A DNA stretch of 64,000 nucleotides from Macrostomum hystrix (taxonomy: Eukaryota; Animalia; Platyhelminthes). Location: positions 2,356,001-2,420,000 of the forward strand of contig CATNEN010000032.1 in assembly GCA_950097015.1 (NCBI GenBank), written 5' to 3'. The position numbers and the translations under genes are program-made. The stretch's first letter is position 1. Each line of letters opens with the position of its first letter. A model generated the notes under the pieces. That model saw only the letters and a list, made by a program, of their open reading frames with translations, made no database searches and was not told the DNA's origin. Positions 37,346 through 48,835 of this stretch are shown in pieces.

Positions 37346-38002
37346 ATGTGACCCTTCCATTCTAAAAGTTCGTCTTAAACAACTTTCCTTTGTAAATAGC
37401 CTTACAGATGCAATATATCACAAAGCAGTTTTCTCATCTCATCTCTATGAAGGGCATCAAATAATCGTATTGCCTGTGGCATATATGAGGCAAGTCTAAA
37501 GGATGTACATTTTCTCTTCATATCTAATTTTGTTATACTCCTATATACAAGTATTTAATCACTCCGTTTTTTATTTTTCATTGCACAAACAATGATTAGA
37601 TTATCAATAAGCACCCTTTCAAGCAGGCGTGGACTACAACATACACCTACTGATTTGCACGGTTCGGATTCATCACAAAAATTCTTAATCTAATTTAATT
37701 TCATAAAACTATGTATAATTCTACTGCCATTCTTCACGCTGTTATCAGTCGTGCTCGCGCTATACTACTTGCGTGTCGATAAGCATATTTAACGAGCACA
37801 TGTGTTTTATCTTAGATTTTTGTTTCAATTCTTTAATGTAAAGGTTAATTTATTGCATTGATTCGAAATTCGAGTTGTTCTATATAGGTAAATAAAAGTC
37901 GCAATGCTCCGCGTTTTAAGACCGTAGAGTTTTATGCGATAATTATGCAATGTTTCGAACGTGCCTCAGTAACAAATTCAACCTAATTTTTTGTCGCTTT
38001 CT

Positions 38003-39420
38003 TATATTCCGTGGGATTTCCATTACAGAATCAACCCTTCATTCCGTGGGATTTCCCTTCCAGAAACAACCCCTCATTCCGTGGGATTTCCATTACAGAA
38101 TCAACCCTTCATTCCGTGGGATTTCTATTACAGAATCAACCCTTCATTCCGTGGGATTTCCCTTCCAGAAACAACCCCTCATTCCGTGGGATTTCCATTA
38201 CAGAATCAACCCTTCATTCCGTGGGATTTCCATTACAGAATCAACCCTTCATTCCGTGGGATTTCCCTTCCAGAAACAACCCCTCATTCCGTGGGATTTC
38301 CATTACAGAATCAACCCTTCATTCCGTGGGATTTCTATTACAGAATCAACCCTTCATTCCGTGGGATTTCCCTTCCAGAAACAACCCCTCATTCCGTGGG
38401 ATTTCCATTACAGAATCAACCCTTCATTCCGTGGGATTTCTATTACAGAATCAACCCTTCATTCCGTGGGATTTCTATTACAGAATCAACCCTTCATTCC
38501 GTGGGATTTCCCTTCCAGAAGCAACCCCTCATTCCGTGGGATTTCCATTACAGAATCAACCCTTCATTCCGTGGGATTTCCCTTCCAGAAAAAACCCCTC
38601 ATTCCGTGGGATTTCCATTACAGAATCAACCCTTCATTCCATGGGATTTCCCTTCCAGAAGCAACCCCTCATTCCGTGGGATTTCCATTACAGAATCAAC
38701 CCTTCATTCCATGGGATTTCCCTTCCAGAAACAACCCCTCATTCCGTGGGATTTCCATTGCAGAATCAACCCCTCATTCCGTGGGGTTTCCCTTTGCCAG
38801 GGGTTAGCGATATGGGCGGCATCAGCCGCCTCCTCGCTGCGTCCGTCATGGAGGCTCCCTGCCGCTAAGTCAAGTAAGGGGTTTTTCCAGAAACAACCCC
38901 TCATTCCGTGGGATTTCCATTGCAGAATCAACCCTTCATTCCGTGGGATTTCCCTTCCAGAAACAACCCCTCATTCCGTGGGATTTCCATTGCAGAATCA
39001 ACCCTTCATTCCGTGGGATTTCCCTTCCAGAAACAACCCCTCATTCCGTGGGATTTCCATTGCAGAAACAACCCCTTATTCCGTGGGATTTCCATTACAG
39101 AATCAACCCTTCATTCCATGTGATTTCCCTTCCAGAAATAACCCCTCATTCCGTGGGATTTCCATTACAGAATCAACCCTTCATTCCATGGGATTTCCCT
39201 TCCAGAAACAACCCCTCATTCCGTGGGATTCCCATTACAGAATCAACCCTTCATTCCATGGGATTTCCCTTCCAGAAATAACCCCTCATTCCGTGGGATT
39301 TCCATTACAGAATCAACCCTTCATTCCATGGGATTTCCCTTCCAGAAACAACCCCTCATTCCGTGGGATTCCCATTACAGAATCAACCCTTCATTCCATG
39401 GGATTTCCCTTCCAGAAAAA
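38003..39420. repeat. array of two alternating 35-bp units (ATTCCGTGGGATTTCC core), interrupted at about 38790-38885
   Basis: Direct tandem repeat; related copies at 42160-42680. Confidence 0.95.
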
Positions 39421-39581
39421 AACTCCTTTTTAGCTGGGTTTCTCTACAGAAACAGCACATTATTTTGTTTTACATTACACTACTTGCAGTAGAAAAAAAC
39501 ATTTTTTTACTCCTAAGTAGCTTTTATAAGAAAAAATGATTTCACATTCTTCAGCTAGAGCGGGAGATTAACTGACCACCG

Positions 39582-41064
39582 ATGCGTCCCTCCGGCTGTT
39601 TCCTGCTTGTGCTTGGCGCTGTCCTGTGCGCCCTGGTTGCCATCCTGTTGCCAAGCAGCGGTTCCCTGACTGGCGCCAGTTTAAGTCGTCGATTTCTGCC
39701 GATATATTTGAAAATTCATCGCCAAGTAGGCGCATTATTATCGCCAGATTTTCGGCCGCGTTGACAACAACGACAAGGGCAAATCTACAGCGGAGAGCAA
39801 GTGCTTGTACTTTCTGTTCGAAGATCACCAGTTGCAGAAGAACAAGCACCTGTCTATTTTGGGCACCGTGTTCGATGTAAGCGAGTCCAGCTTCTACCAG
39901 GTTGGCGGTGACTACGAGCAGTTCACTGGCAGGGATGCGTCTAGGAATTTCGCCACCGGCGATACTGGCGTCCAGAGTAAGAGCTTCTCGGACAGTCTGG
40001 ATGGCTTGGGCGGCGCTCAGCTGGCCGACGTGTTCGAGTGGCAGAGGTTTGTTTCACTCCCAACGGAGCAAAATTAACTACCATCTGATTGGTCGAATCA
40101 GTCAAAACCCCAGCTATTCTCTGATTGGTCGAAGCAGTCAAACCCCAGCTATTATCTGATTGGTAAAATCAGTCAAACCCCACCTTATCTTTGATTGGTC
40201 AAATCAGTCAAACCCCAGCTATTCTCTGATTGGTCGAAGCAGTCAAACCCCAGCTATTCTCTGATTGGTCAAATCAGTCAAACCCCAGCTATTCTCTGAT
40301 TGGTCGAAGCAGTTAAACCCCAGCTATTCTCTGATTTGTCGAATCAGTCAAACCCCAGCTATTCTCTGATTTGTCGAAGCAGTTAAACCCCACCTTATCT
40401 TTGATTGGTCGAATCAGTCAAACCACACCTCATCTTTGATTGGTCAAATCAGTCAAACCCCACCTTATCTTTGATTGGTCAAATCAGTCAAACCCCAGCT
40501 ATTCTCTGATTGGTAAAATCAGTCAAACCCCACCTTATCTTTGATTGATCAAATCAGTCAAACCCCTGCTATTCTCTGATTGGTCAAATCAGTCAAACTT
40601 CAGCTATTCTCTGATTGGTTGAAGCAGTCAAACCCCAGTTACTCTACTACAATAATTTCAGATTCTACTTCGACAAGTACCGCTGCGTCGGCTACACGCG
40701 CGGCCGTTTCTACCTGCCCTCCCTGTTAGAGACCAATTATCTCCGGGGCCTTCGCGCTGCAGCCGAAGCCCACGCTGCTCACAAATCCCAGCTAGCCGAT
40801 GAATTCCCACCCTGCGGCGCCACTGCGGTTGACGGAAAAACGATTGTCTACTGCAATGGCGCGCTGGGATTAGATCCGAAGAATATTATGCCGTCAACTC
40901 GGTATCCGAGAATCTTCTACAACAAACTCGAGTCCACCGCCGGCTGTGCCTGCGTGCTGAGAGACATGCTGTCAGATGGAAGGGTGGCCGTGTACGAGGG
41001 CTGCTCGCCTGATGCCCTGCAGTGCACCGTGCACAGGGCCGCTCCACCCCAGCCGACTGATTAG
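39582..41064 (+). CDS. CYB5D2: neuferricin (cytochrome b5 heme/steroid-binding MAPR protein); exons 39582-about 39725, about 39832-40046, 40662-41064
   Basis: N-terminal hydrophobic anchor; LSILGTVFDVS...GGDYEQFTGRDASRNFATGD; C-terminal FPPC...C...CAC...YEGC...C pattern typical of neuferricin. First intron boundaries are ambiguous. Confidence 0.85.
40085..40640. repeat. about 36-bp intronic minisatellite (CTGATTGGTCGAATCAGTCAAACCCCAGCTATTCT)
   Basis: Fills intron 40047-40661. Confidence 0.93.
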
Positions 41065-41139
41065 CCAATCACTGGCGAGTGATGCCGAATGTCAGTTCAT
41101 TGGCTTAGTGGTCACAGACATGTTCAATTTAACTCTATT

Positions 41140-41465
41140 ACTCTCCCATCTATTCCTCTCCCATCTATTCCTCTCCCATCTATTCCTCTCCCATCTATTC
41201 CTCTCCCATCTATTCCTCTCCCATCTATTCCTCTCCCATCTATTCCTCTCCCATCTATTCCTCTCCCATTTGTTCTTTTCCTATCTGTTCCTCTCCCATC
41301 CGTTCATATCCCATCTATTCCTTTCCCATCTATTCCTCTCCCACCTATTCCTCTCCCACCTATTCCTCTCCCACCTATTCCTCTCCCACCTATTCCTCTC
41401 CTAACTATTCCTCTCCCATCTACTCCTCTCCCATCTATTCCTCTCCTATCTATGCCTCTCTTTCC
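41140..41465. repeat. 15-bp pyrimidine-rich repeat (CTATTCCTCTCCCAT)n
   Basis: Direct tandem repeat. Confidence 0.93.
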
Positions 41466-42159
41466 CATTCCATTGGCATGACTCTAACGTCTTAACTCAT
41501 TGCTCAATCGTTCTACTAAATCGAAAGAGTAATTTTAAAACAAGTTTACAGTTTTCAGAGTGAATAAATTTCTGTTAACTAAGAGTATATTTTCCCGCTA
41601 GAGACAAGGCTCATGACCATGTACTATTGGTGTAGAGCTGTTTTGTTGACATTTCTATTTTAGTTTGAATTAAGAGTGTAAATGTATCATCGCTTTAAAT
41701 GTACTATTATTTATGGCCGCGTGCAATTTGAGTTTTCTGTTCGCGCTAATGAATCAGGATTATCGATTTACATAGGCAATCAATTATCCCAAATCATGAG
41801 CCTGTTTCAGCTGAATCGATAAAAAACTTTTTAATTCAACGATTTGGTGCTTTGTTGTTTTACTGCCAATGCTTTACTAATACATCCATTCAGTTTGAAC
41901 ATTCCATTTGGATTCCGTCTTTTTGTGCCACCCTTATAACTGTTGATTGTGTCCTATTGTCTTGCTTTATTTGACGCAATACAGGGCACTAGAAAAATAA
42001 AACTGATTAGCTTGTTTGTTTTCAAGAGTTCAAACCACTCCGGGGATTTTCTCAGGACTTCTATTCTAGAGAACTGCTTCAATCCTCAGCAATTTTTTTT
42101 CGTAGAAAAAAACATTTTTAGATTATTTTCTGTTAGAAAATTTTTGTCGTTTCTTTTTG

Positions 42160-42345
42160 TTGGGATTTCCCTTCCAGAAATAACCTTTTATTCTGTGGGA
42201 TTTCCCCGACAGAAATAACCTTTTATTCTGTGGGATTTCCCCGACAGAAATAACCTTTTATTCTGTGGGATTTCCCCGACAGAAATAACCTTTTATTCTG
42301 TGGGATTTCTCCGACAGAAATAACCCCTTATTCCGTGGGATTTCC
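42160..42345. repeat. 35-bp repeat related to the 38-39 kb array
   Basis: GTGGGATTTCCCCGACAGAAATAACCTTTTATTCT units share GTGGGATTTCC..CAGAAA.AACC. Confidence 0.85.
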
Positions 42346-42728
42346 TCCTAGGACATTTCTTACTTTTCCTTTTGATTCCAATTTCGTGAAAAGCTCCCTG
42401 TTTCACGGATTTTCCATTCCAAAAAATAACTTACTTCTCTTTGGGATTTTCGATCCAGAAGTGGCCACTAAATATTTAACTTACCATTTCCTTTTCGTTA
42501 AAAAAAGCGAAGTTCATTCATATCTGGCTCATTTTTGGGATTTCCTTTCCAGAAATAGTTATTCCGTGCGGTTTCCATTTCAGAAAAGACTCACTGTAGT
42601 TATGGATTCCCCCAGATGGAAGTTAATTTCTTTAGGATTTTCCTTCCAGAAATAACTTCCATTTCATTGTTCCCTGGGATTCACGTTTTCCAAAGTGGCT
42701 AATAAAGCTACCCTGTCATCTCCCGCAG

Positions 42729-45612
42729 ACGCAGAGCATTGTGGTGCAGGTTGGCCAGTGCGGCAACCAAATCGGATCCAGATTCTGGGATCTGGCGTTG
42801 CGGGAGCACGCCGCCGTCAGCAAGCGCGGCGACTTCGATGACTCTCTTGGCACTTTCTTTCGTCAACAACCCGGCGAAGGTCTGGTGAGTTTTGGTTGTG
42901 TGTCAAGGTGATTAGGTGATGACTGTGGGTCAAGGTGAGTAGGTAATGACTGTGGGTCAAGGTGAGTAGGTGGTGACTGTGGGTCAAGGTGAGTAGGTGA
43001 TGACTGTGGGTCAAGGTGAGTAGGTGGTGACTGTGGGTCAAGGTGAGTAGGTGATGACTGTGGGTCAAGGTGAGTAGGTGATGACTGTGGGTCAAGGTGA
43101 GTAGGTGATGACTGTGGGTCAAGGTGAGTAGGTGATGACTGTGGGTCAAGGTGAGTAGGTGATGACTGTGGGTCAAGGTGAGTAGGTGATGACTGTGGGT
43201 CAAGGTGAGTAGGTGGTGACTGTGGGTCAAGGTGAGTAGGTGATGACTGTGGGTCAAGGTGAGTAGGTGGTGACTGTGGGTCAAGGTGAGTAGGTGATGA
43301 CTGTGGGTCAAGGTGAGTAGGTGATGACTGTGGGTCAAGGTGAGTAGGTGATGACTGTGGGTCAAGGTGAGTAGGTGATGACTGTGGGTCAAGGTGAGTA
43401 GGTGGTGACTGATAAGTCCATGCGTACAGGTAACATGTTGAGCACTTTAAGAATTCCATTCTTCCCCCCACAGGGGTTGAAAGCTCGCGCTGTTCTGGTC
43501 GACATGGAAGAAGGCGTCGTTGGCGAACTATTGAAAGGCCGTCTGCGCAGCGTATTCGATCATTCCGCCCTCATCACGGACGTGTCGGGCTCCGGCAACA
43601 ACTGGGCCGTCGGGCACTGCGAGTACGGCGCCAGGCACCGGGAGGCCCTGACGGAGGCGGTGCGCAAATGCGCCGAACAATGCGACTGTCTGCAGTGCTT
43701 CTTCCTTCTGCACTCCATGGGTGGCGGCACTGGTTCCGGCCTGGGCACCGCTATTCTCACCCTGCTGCGCGACCAGTACCCCGAGGTCTACAGGTTGGTT
43801 GCCATAGCAACACATGCTGCTGTCACACTACTTAACCCGAAGCAGTAGCATGGAAGCTAGAATTGAAAATTGTGAACAAAATACCAGCCGGCCACAACCA
43901 TTACAGATTCGTCACAGCGGTTTACCCATCGGAGGATGATGACGTCATCACCAGCCCCTACAACAGCGTGCTGGCAATGCGCTGCCTAACGGAGCACGCC
44001 GACTGCGTTATGCCCATAGACAATGCCTGCCTGAGCGGCATTGCGCAACGCGTGCAGGACAATCGGCCGACCGGACAAAAGGATAGCGCAGCCACGGTTG
44101 GTGAACAGAACTAGTGCCAGATATTGCTGCTAGATCTAGTAGCTAGACATTGCTGTTAGATCTAGTAGCTAGACATTGCTGTTAGATCTAGTAGCTAGAC
44201 ATTGCTGTTAGATCTAGTAGCTAGACATTGCTGTTAGATCTAGTAGCTAGACATTGCTGTTAGATCTAGTAGCTAGACATTGCTGTTAGATCTAGTAGCT
44301 AGACATTTTGGTTAGATCTAGCAGCTAGATATTGCTGTTAGATCTAGGGGCTAGAAATTTTGGTTAGATCTAGGGGCTAGACATTTTGGTTAGATCTAAT
44401 GGCTAGACATTTTGGTTAGATCTAATGGCTAGACATTTTGGTTAGATCTAATGGCTAGACATTTTGGTTAGATCTAATGGCTAGACATTGTATTCCACTC
44501 ACGTGTTTTACCTTGAGTGAGGATCCACCTTAACTTTAGCTGTTTAATCAAGTGACTCAATCCCTGCTGCTGATAATGGTTTCCGTCAGCAGAAGGACGC
44601 CAAGCCGTTCGACTCAATGAACAGCATCGTGGCCAACCTGCTGCTGAACCTGACCGCCTCCTCCCGGTTCTCGGGCACGCTGAATGTCGATCTGAACGAG
44701 ATTAGCATGAACCTGGTGCCGTTTCCAAGGCTTCACTACCTGCTGGCGGCGCAGAGTCCGCTGTCGCCCGCCCTGCCGCCCAGGCGACCAGACCAGGCAT
44801 TCAGCGAGTCCTTCAGCCGCGAGGCGCAGCTGTTCTCAGCCGAGCCCAGAGCTCACCTGTACCTGGCCTGCGCCCTGCTGCTGCGAGGTCGCATCGATCT
44901 CAGCGACATCCGACGCAGCGTGGACCGGCTGGGCAATAAGCTGGCGTTCGCCGATTGGAATCCGGACTGCTGGAAGATCGGCCACTGCGCTGTGCCGCCA
45001 GCCGGACAGCAGTTCGCTTTGCTCAACCTGGCCAACAATACAGCCGTCGGGGCCAGCATGCAGCTGCTCGGCGACCGCTTCGGCCGGCTGTATAAACGGC
45101 GCGCCCACCTGCACCACTACACCCAGGTGAGGACATTGTCGGACATTCCGACCCCTCTGGACACTTCCTATTGTATTGAGCACACTGAACATCCTGAACT
45201 TCCCGAACGTACTGAACTTCCCGAACGTACTGAACTTCCCGAACGTACTGAACTTCCCGAACGTACTGAACTTCCCGAACGTACTGAACTTCCCGAACGT
45301 ACTGAACTTCCCGAACGTACTGAACTTCCCGAACGTACTGAACTTCCCGAACGTACTGAACTTCCCGACTGAACTTCCCGAACGTACTGAACTTCCTGAA
45401 CATCTTGAATATCCTGAACTTCTGAACATCTTGAATATCCTGAACTTCCTGAACATCTCAATTGACAGGTTGACGGCTTTGAAGCATCAGCCTTCGACCT
45501 CGCCTTCGCCTCGCTGAATGACCTGCGCGAGGACTACGCGGCGTTGGAGCGGCGCCACGCGGCCGGGGCCTCGGCTGAGCCGCCTCTGCCGCGACTAAAG
45601 ATTGCGTCCTGA
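42729..45612 (+). CDS. TUBE1: epsilon-tubulin; exons 42729-42884, 43474-43793, 43907-44096, 44590-45126, 45469-45612; initiator ATG absent from the first visible exon
   Basis: TQSIVVQVGQCGNQIG..FWDLALREHAAV, LKARAVLVDMEEGVV, GSGNNWAVGH, HSMGGGTGSGLG, DDVITSPYNS, AHLHHY and C-terminal LPRLKIAS all match TUBE1; consistent splice phases. Confidence 0.95.
42900..43412. repeat. 27-bp intronic minisatellite (GGTGATGACTGTGGGTCAAGGTGAGTA)n
   Basis: About 18 units in TUBE1 intron 1. Confidence 0.96.
44110..44490. repeat. 26-bp intronic minisatellite (CTAGACATTGCTGTTAGATCTAGTAG)n
   Basis: TUBE1 intron 3. Confidence 0.94.
45185..45460. repeat. 18-bp intronic minisatellite (CCGAACGTACTGAACTTC)n
   Basis: TUBE1 intron 4. 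Confidence 0.94.
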
Positions 45613-46127
45613 AGCCGAACCTGAAGTCCTGAACCTCCTGAACCTGCTTTCTTACTGCATCATTGTGCTTTTGTTCCGTCCAAATTATTACTGTCCTCTC
45701 TTTTATCTATTCGCAAATTTTGTATCCATGTTATTTTGCTAATTTTTGCACAAAGGTTACAATGTCAATGAAAAATAAAGCGGATGAATTTTGCTGTTTA
45801 TAAATAGCATTTGGCATTTTCCAAGTTTTAGCACAAAACGCATAGTTAATTTATGCTGTTTTAACAATGACCTACGATTGCTACATACAAATGGGCCAAT
45901 CGATTTCAATTCTCATATGAAACTAAAACTCATGGACCAAATTTTTGCATATACTGGTTAATAGATTACAGTAACTTCGTCATGTGATCCTAGGTTGAGT
46001 TGGCGCTGGAATAATGTGGATTGGATGGACCCGGAACGGAGCTCTGTCATTGGCTGGAACTTTGTCACGTGATCGTCTAGGTGGGCTAATCGCTGAAGTT
46101 ATTGACCTGATGATCGGGAAGACCGCT

Positions 46128-46905
46128 CCAGACCGCTCCAAACCGCTCCAGACCGCTCCAAACCTCTCCAGACCTCTTCAAACCTCTCCAGACCTCTTCA
46201 AACCTCTCCAGACCGCTTTAAACCTCTCCAGACCTCTTCAAACCTCTCCAGACCTCTTCAAACCTCTCCAGACCTCATCAAACCTCTCCAGACCTCTTCA
46301 AACCTCTCCAGACCTCTTCAAACCTCTCCAGACCGCTCCAAACCTCTCCAGACCTCTTCAAACCTCTCCAGACCTCTTCAAACCTCTCCAGACCGCTCCA
46401 AACCTCTCCAGACCTCTTCAAACCTCTCCAGACCTCTTCAAACCTCTCCAGACCGCTTTAAACCTCTCCAGACCTCTTCAAACCTCTCCAGACCTCTTCA
46501 AACCTCTCCAGACCTCATCAAACCTCTCCAGACCTCTTCAAACCTCTCCAGACCTCATCAAACCTCTCCAGACCTCTTCAAACCTCTCAGACCGCTCCAA
46601 ACCTCTCCAGACCTCTTCAAACCTCTCCAGACCACTCCAAACCTCTCCAGACCTCTTCAAACCTCTCCAGACCTCATCAAACCTCTCCAGACCTCTTCAA
46701 ACCTCTCCAGACCTCATCAAACCTCTCCAGACCTCTTCAAACCTCTCCAGACCTCATCAAACCTCTCCAGACCTCTTCAAACCTCTCCAGACCTCATCAA
46801 ACCTCTCCAGACCACTCCAAACCTCTCCAGACCACTCCAAACCTCTCCAGACCTCTTCAAACCTCTCCAGACCTCTTCAAACCTCTCCAGACCTCTTCAA
46901 ACCTA
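46128..46905. repeat. 10/20-bp minisatellite (CAGACCTCTTCAAACCTCTC)n
   Basis: Direct tandem repeat. Confidence 0.95.
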
Positions 46906-46936
46906 TCCGGGCCTCATCATACTGCTCAAGATCTCA

Positions 46937-47282
46937 TTACACGTCTCCGGATAGCAGCTGCAGAGACTCGTTGCGCGCGTCGCGCTGCTCCAAATCGACG
47001 CTCAGATCGCTCTGTACCACGATGGCAACTTCTTGAATCAGCGCCAGGTTCAGGAGTGTCAACTGGTGTGCCCGACCTGAGAACTCTGTGAACTCTATAT
47101 TACTGTGCACCTTGCCAGAGGACCGTCTGGCGCGTCTTCTGGCACCGGGCGATCCGATGATGCCGCTGCGAATGGAGCAGCACGTTGGCCGGGTGCTGAA
47201 CTGTCTCAAAGTAGAGCTGCCACGTGCTGGCTGGAAGCTGCAGAAATTCTAATCCGGCGCCATCGCAAAGGATGCCAATCGG
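46937..47282 (-). CDS. possible small orphan coding unit (exons 47282-47111, 47076-46937; 103 aa; no ATG)
   Basis: PIGILCDGAGLEFLQLPASTWQLYFETVQHP...WQ|GRAHQLTLLNLALIQEV...SGDV*, joined by a 34-nt GT-AG intron with matching phase; no recognised family. Confidence 0.3.
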
Positions 47283-47956
47283 CTACTGGGCGTCCTGACT
47301 TTGCTCATGCGACTGGCGTCAGCTGGGGCGAGACTGCAGGCGGTAGTAAAACTTTTATGGCTTGATCTATATGTAAAATTTGAAGCCTTCGGGGGGTCAG
47401 TTAAAGATTGTGTAAAATTGTTATAATTTCATTTCTTGGCAAAAAAATATACCTCTGCTTTGAATCAGATGTTTAACTTTGCACAGCCTGATTATGATGT
47501 ACAACTACAAGTATATAAACCTTGTTTTTATGTACATTGTCTTTATTCACTTTATTTTTTTAGACGCCAGACAACTCCGCTTACACTGCCTTCCAATTAT
47601 TAGAAATTATAATTTGCCATTTTTTACACAACACAAGTAAAGTGTTACGAGTAGTTCTAGCTCGTATCTTGACTAGTGTTTGATATGGCCATTAAGTGCC
47701 TTGAATAAAAATCCGATCGATAATGCTAGCGTAGCCGCCACCTCTTTTCTTCGTCTTATCTTACCAGGCCTTCACTCATCAACCCACTCTCAGCCAGCCA
47801 ATGAGAGGCGAGCACAAACCCCCGGCCTACCCCACCCCACCCCACCCCATACCCCGCCTGACCATCTAAAATAATTTCATCTACATGACAGTCAGTCAGC
47901 TCACCAAAGTCGGAGCCCTGATGACCTGAGTCAAAGTTCCAAGCCAAAGTTTTACT

Positions 47957-48835
47957 ATGGACTCCACACCGACCTCTCCGTACGCTTCGACACCAGTGCA
48001 GCAGCAGCAGCAGCAGCAGCAATCTCGGCCGCGACGTCGCAGCTCGTTCGTGCGCTGCTACAACTGCGACCAGTGGTTCAGCTGCGCCCAGCACTTGATG
48101 CAGCACAAAACTGCGGAGCACCCGATGGCTGAAGCCGTACGCAAGATGGGCCTGAAAATTGTCAAAGACAGAGAGTCTGGCAGCACGGCGGCGATAATTC
48201 CAGACACAGAAGCTCACACTGACTCTGCGTCTGTAGCTCCTCTGCATCATCAGCATCAGCAACCTCAGCACTCCAGGCAGCCTGTTCCAGATCTGCAGGA
48301 GACAGAAGAGCTGCTTGACAGGCTCAAACTGCTGTCAGTTGGACAGCGCACCAAACGACGCCAAAGTCGGCAGTTCCAGCAGCAGCCGCAGCAACAGGAA
48401 CCATCGCCGCATTGTAGACAACGGCGTAGAATAACGCTAGACTCTCCTGACACAGCTACAGCAGCAGCTGCCGCAGCTGCCGCTGCTGCCGTCGCCGCCG
48501 AGGCTGCCGCCTGTCAGCTGCCCGCCTTCGCCTGCCAGTGCGGCGCTCTTCTACCAGACCTGCCGCTAGTGAAGCAGCTGCACATGCGAACCAATCACGA
48601 GTCACCGGTGGCCTCCCTGCAGCAGCAGCAGCAGCAGTTCCAGCAGCCTCCAGCCATGTTCAGCATGGTCCAGCTCAGCCCCTGCTCTCCATGCTACTCG
48701 ATGCACCATCATCCATCTTCAATCTTCCTGCCGGCCATGGCTTATCAGCAGCAGCCGCCACCGCAGCAGTCAGCCACTCCCAGCTCCCACCTGATTGGCT
48801 ACGCATTTCAGCCGCCGCTGCCCCAGCTGCAATAA
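47957..48835 (+). CDS. single-exon C2H2 zinc-finger protein with poly-Q/poly-A tracts (292 aa)
   Basis: CYNCDQWFSCAQHLMQHKTAEH (C-x2-C-x12-H-x4-H) and atypical CQCGALLPDLPLVKQLHMRTNH. Confidence 0.75.
   Translation: MDSTPTSPYASTPVQQQQQQQQSRPRRRSSFVRCYNCDQWFSCAQHLMQHKTAEHPMAEAVRKMGLKIVKDRESGSTAAIIPDTEAHTDSASVAPLHHQHQQPQHSRQPVPDLQETEELLDRLKLLSVGQRTKRRQSRQFQQQPQQQEPSPHCRQRRRITLDSPDTATAAAAAAAAAAVAAEAAACQLPAFACQCGALLPDLPLVKQLHMRTNHESPVASLQQQQQQFQQPPAMFSMVQLSPCSPCYSMHHHPSSIFLPAMAYQQQPPPQQSATPSSHLIGYAFQPPLPQLQ

Noticed and set aside
34261-39433. Long ORFs at 34.3-35.7, 36.4-37.4 and 38.0-39.4 kb
   Set aside because: Satellite-derived
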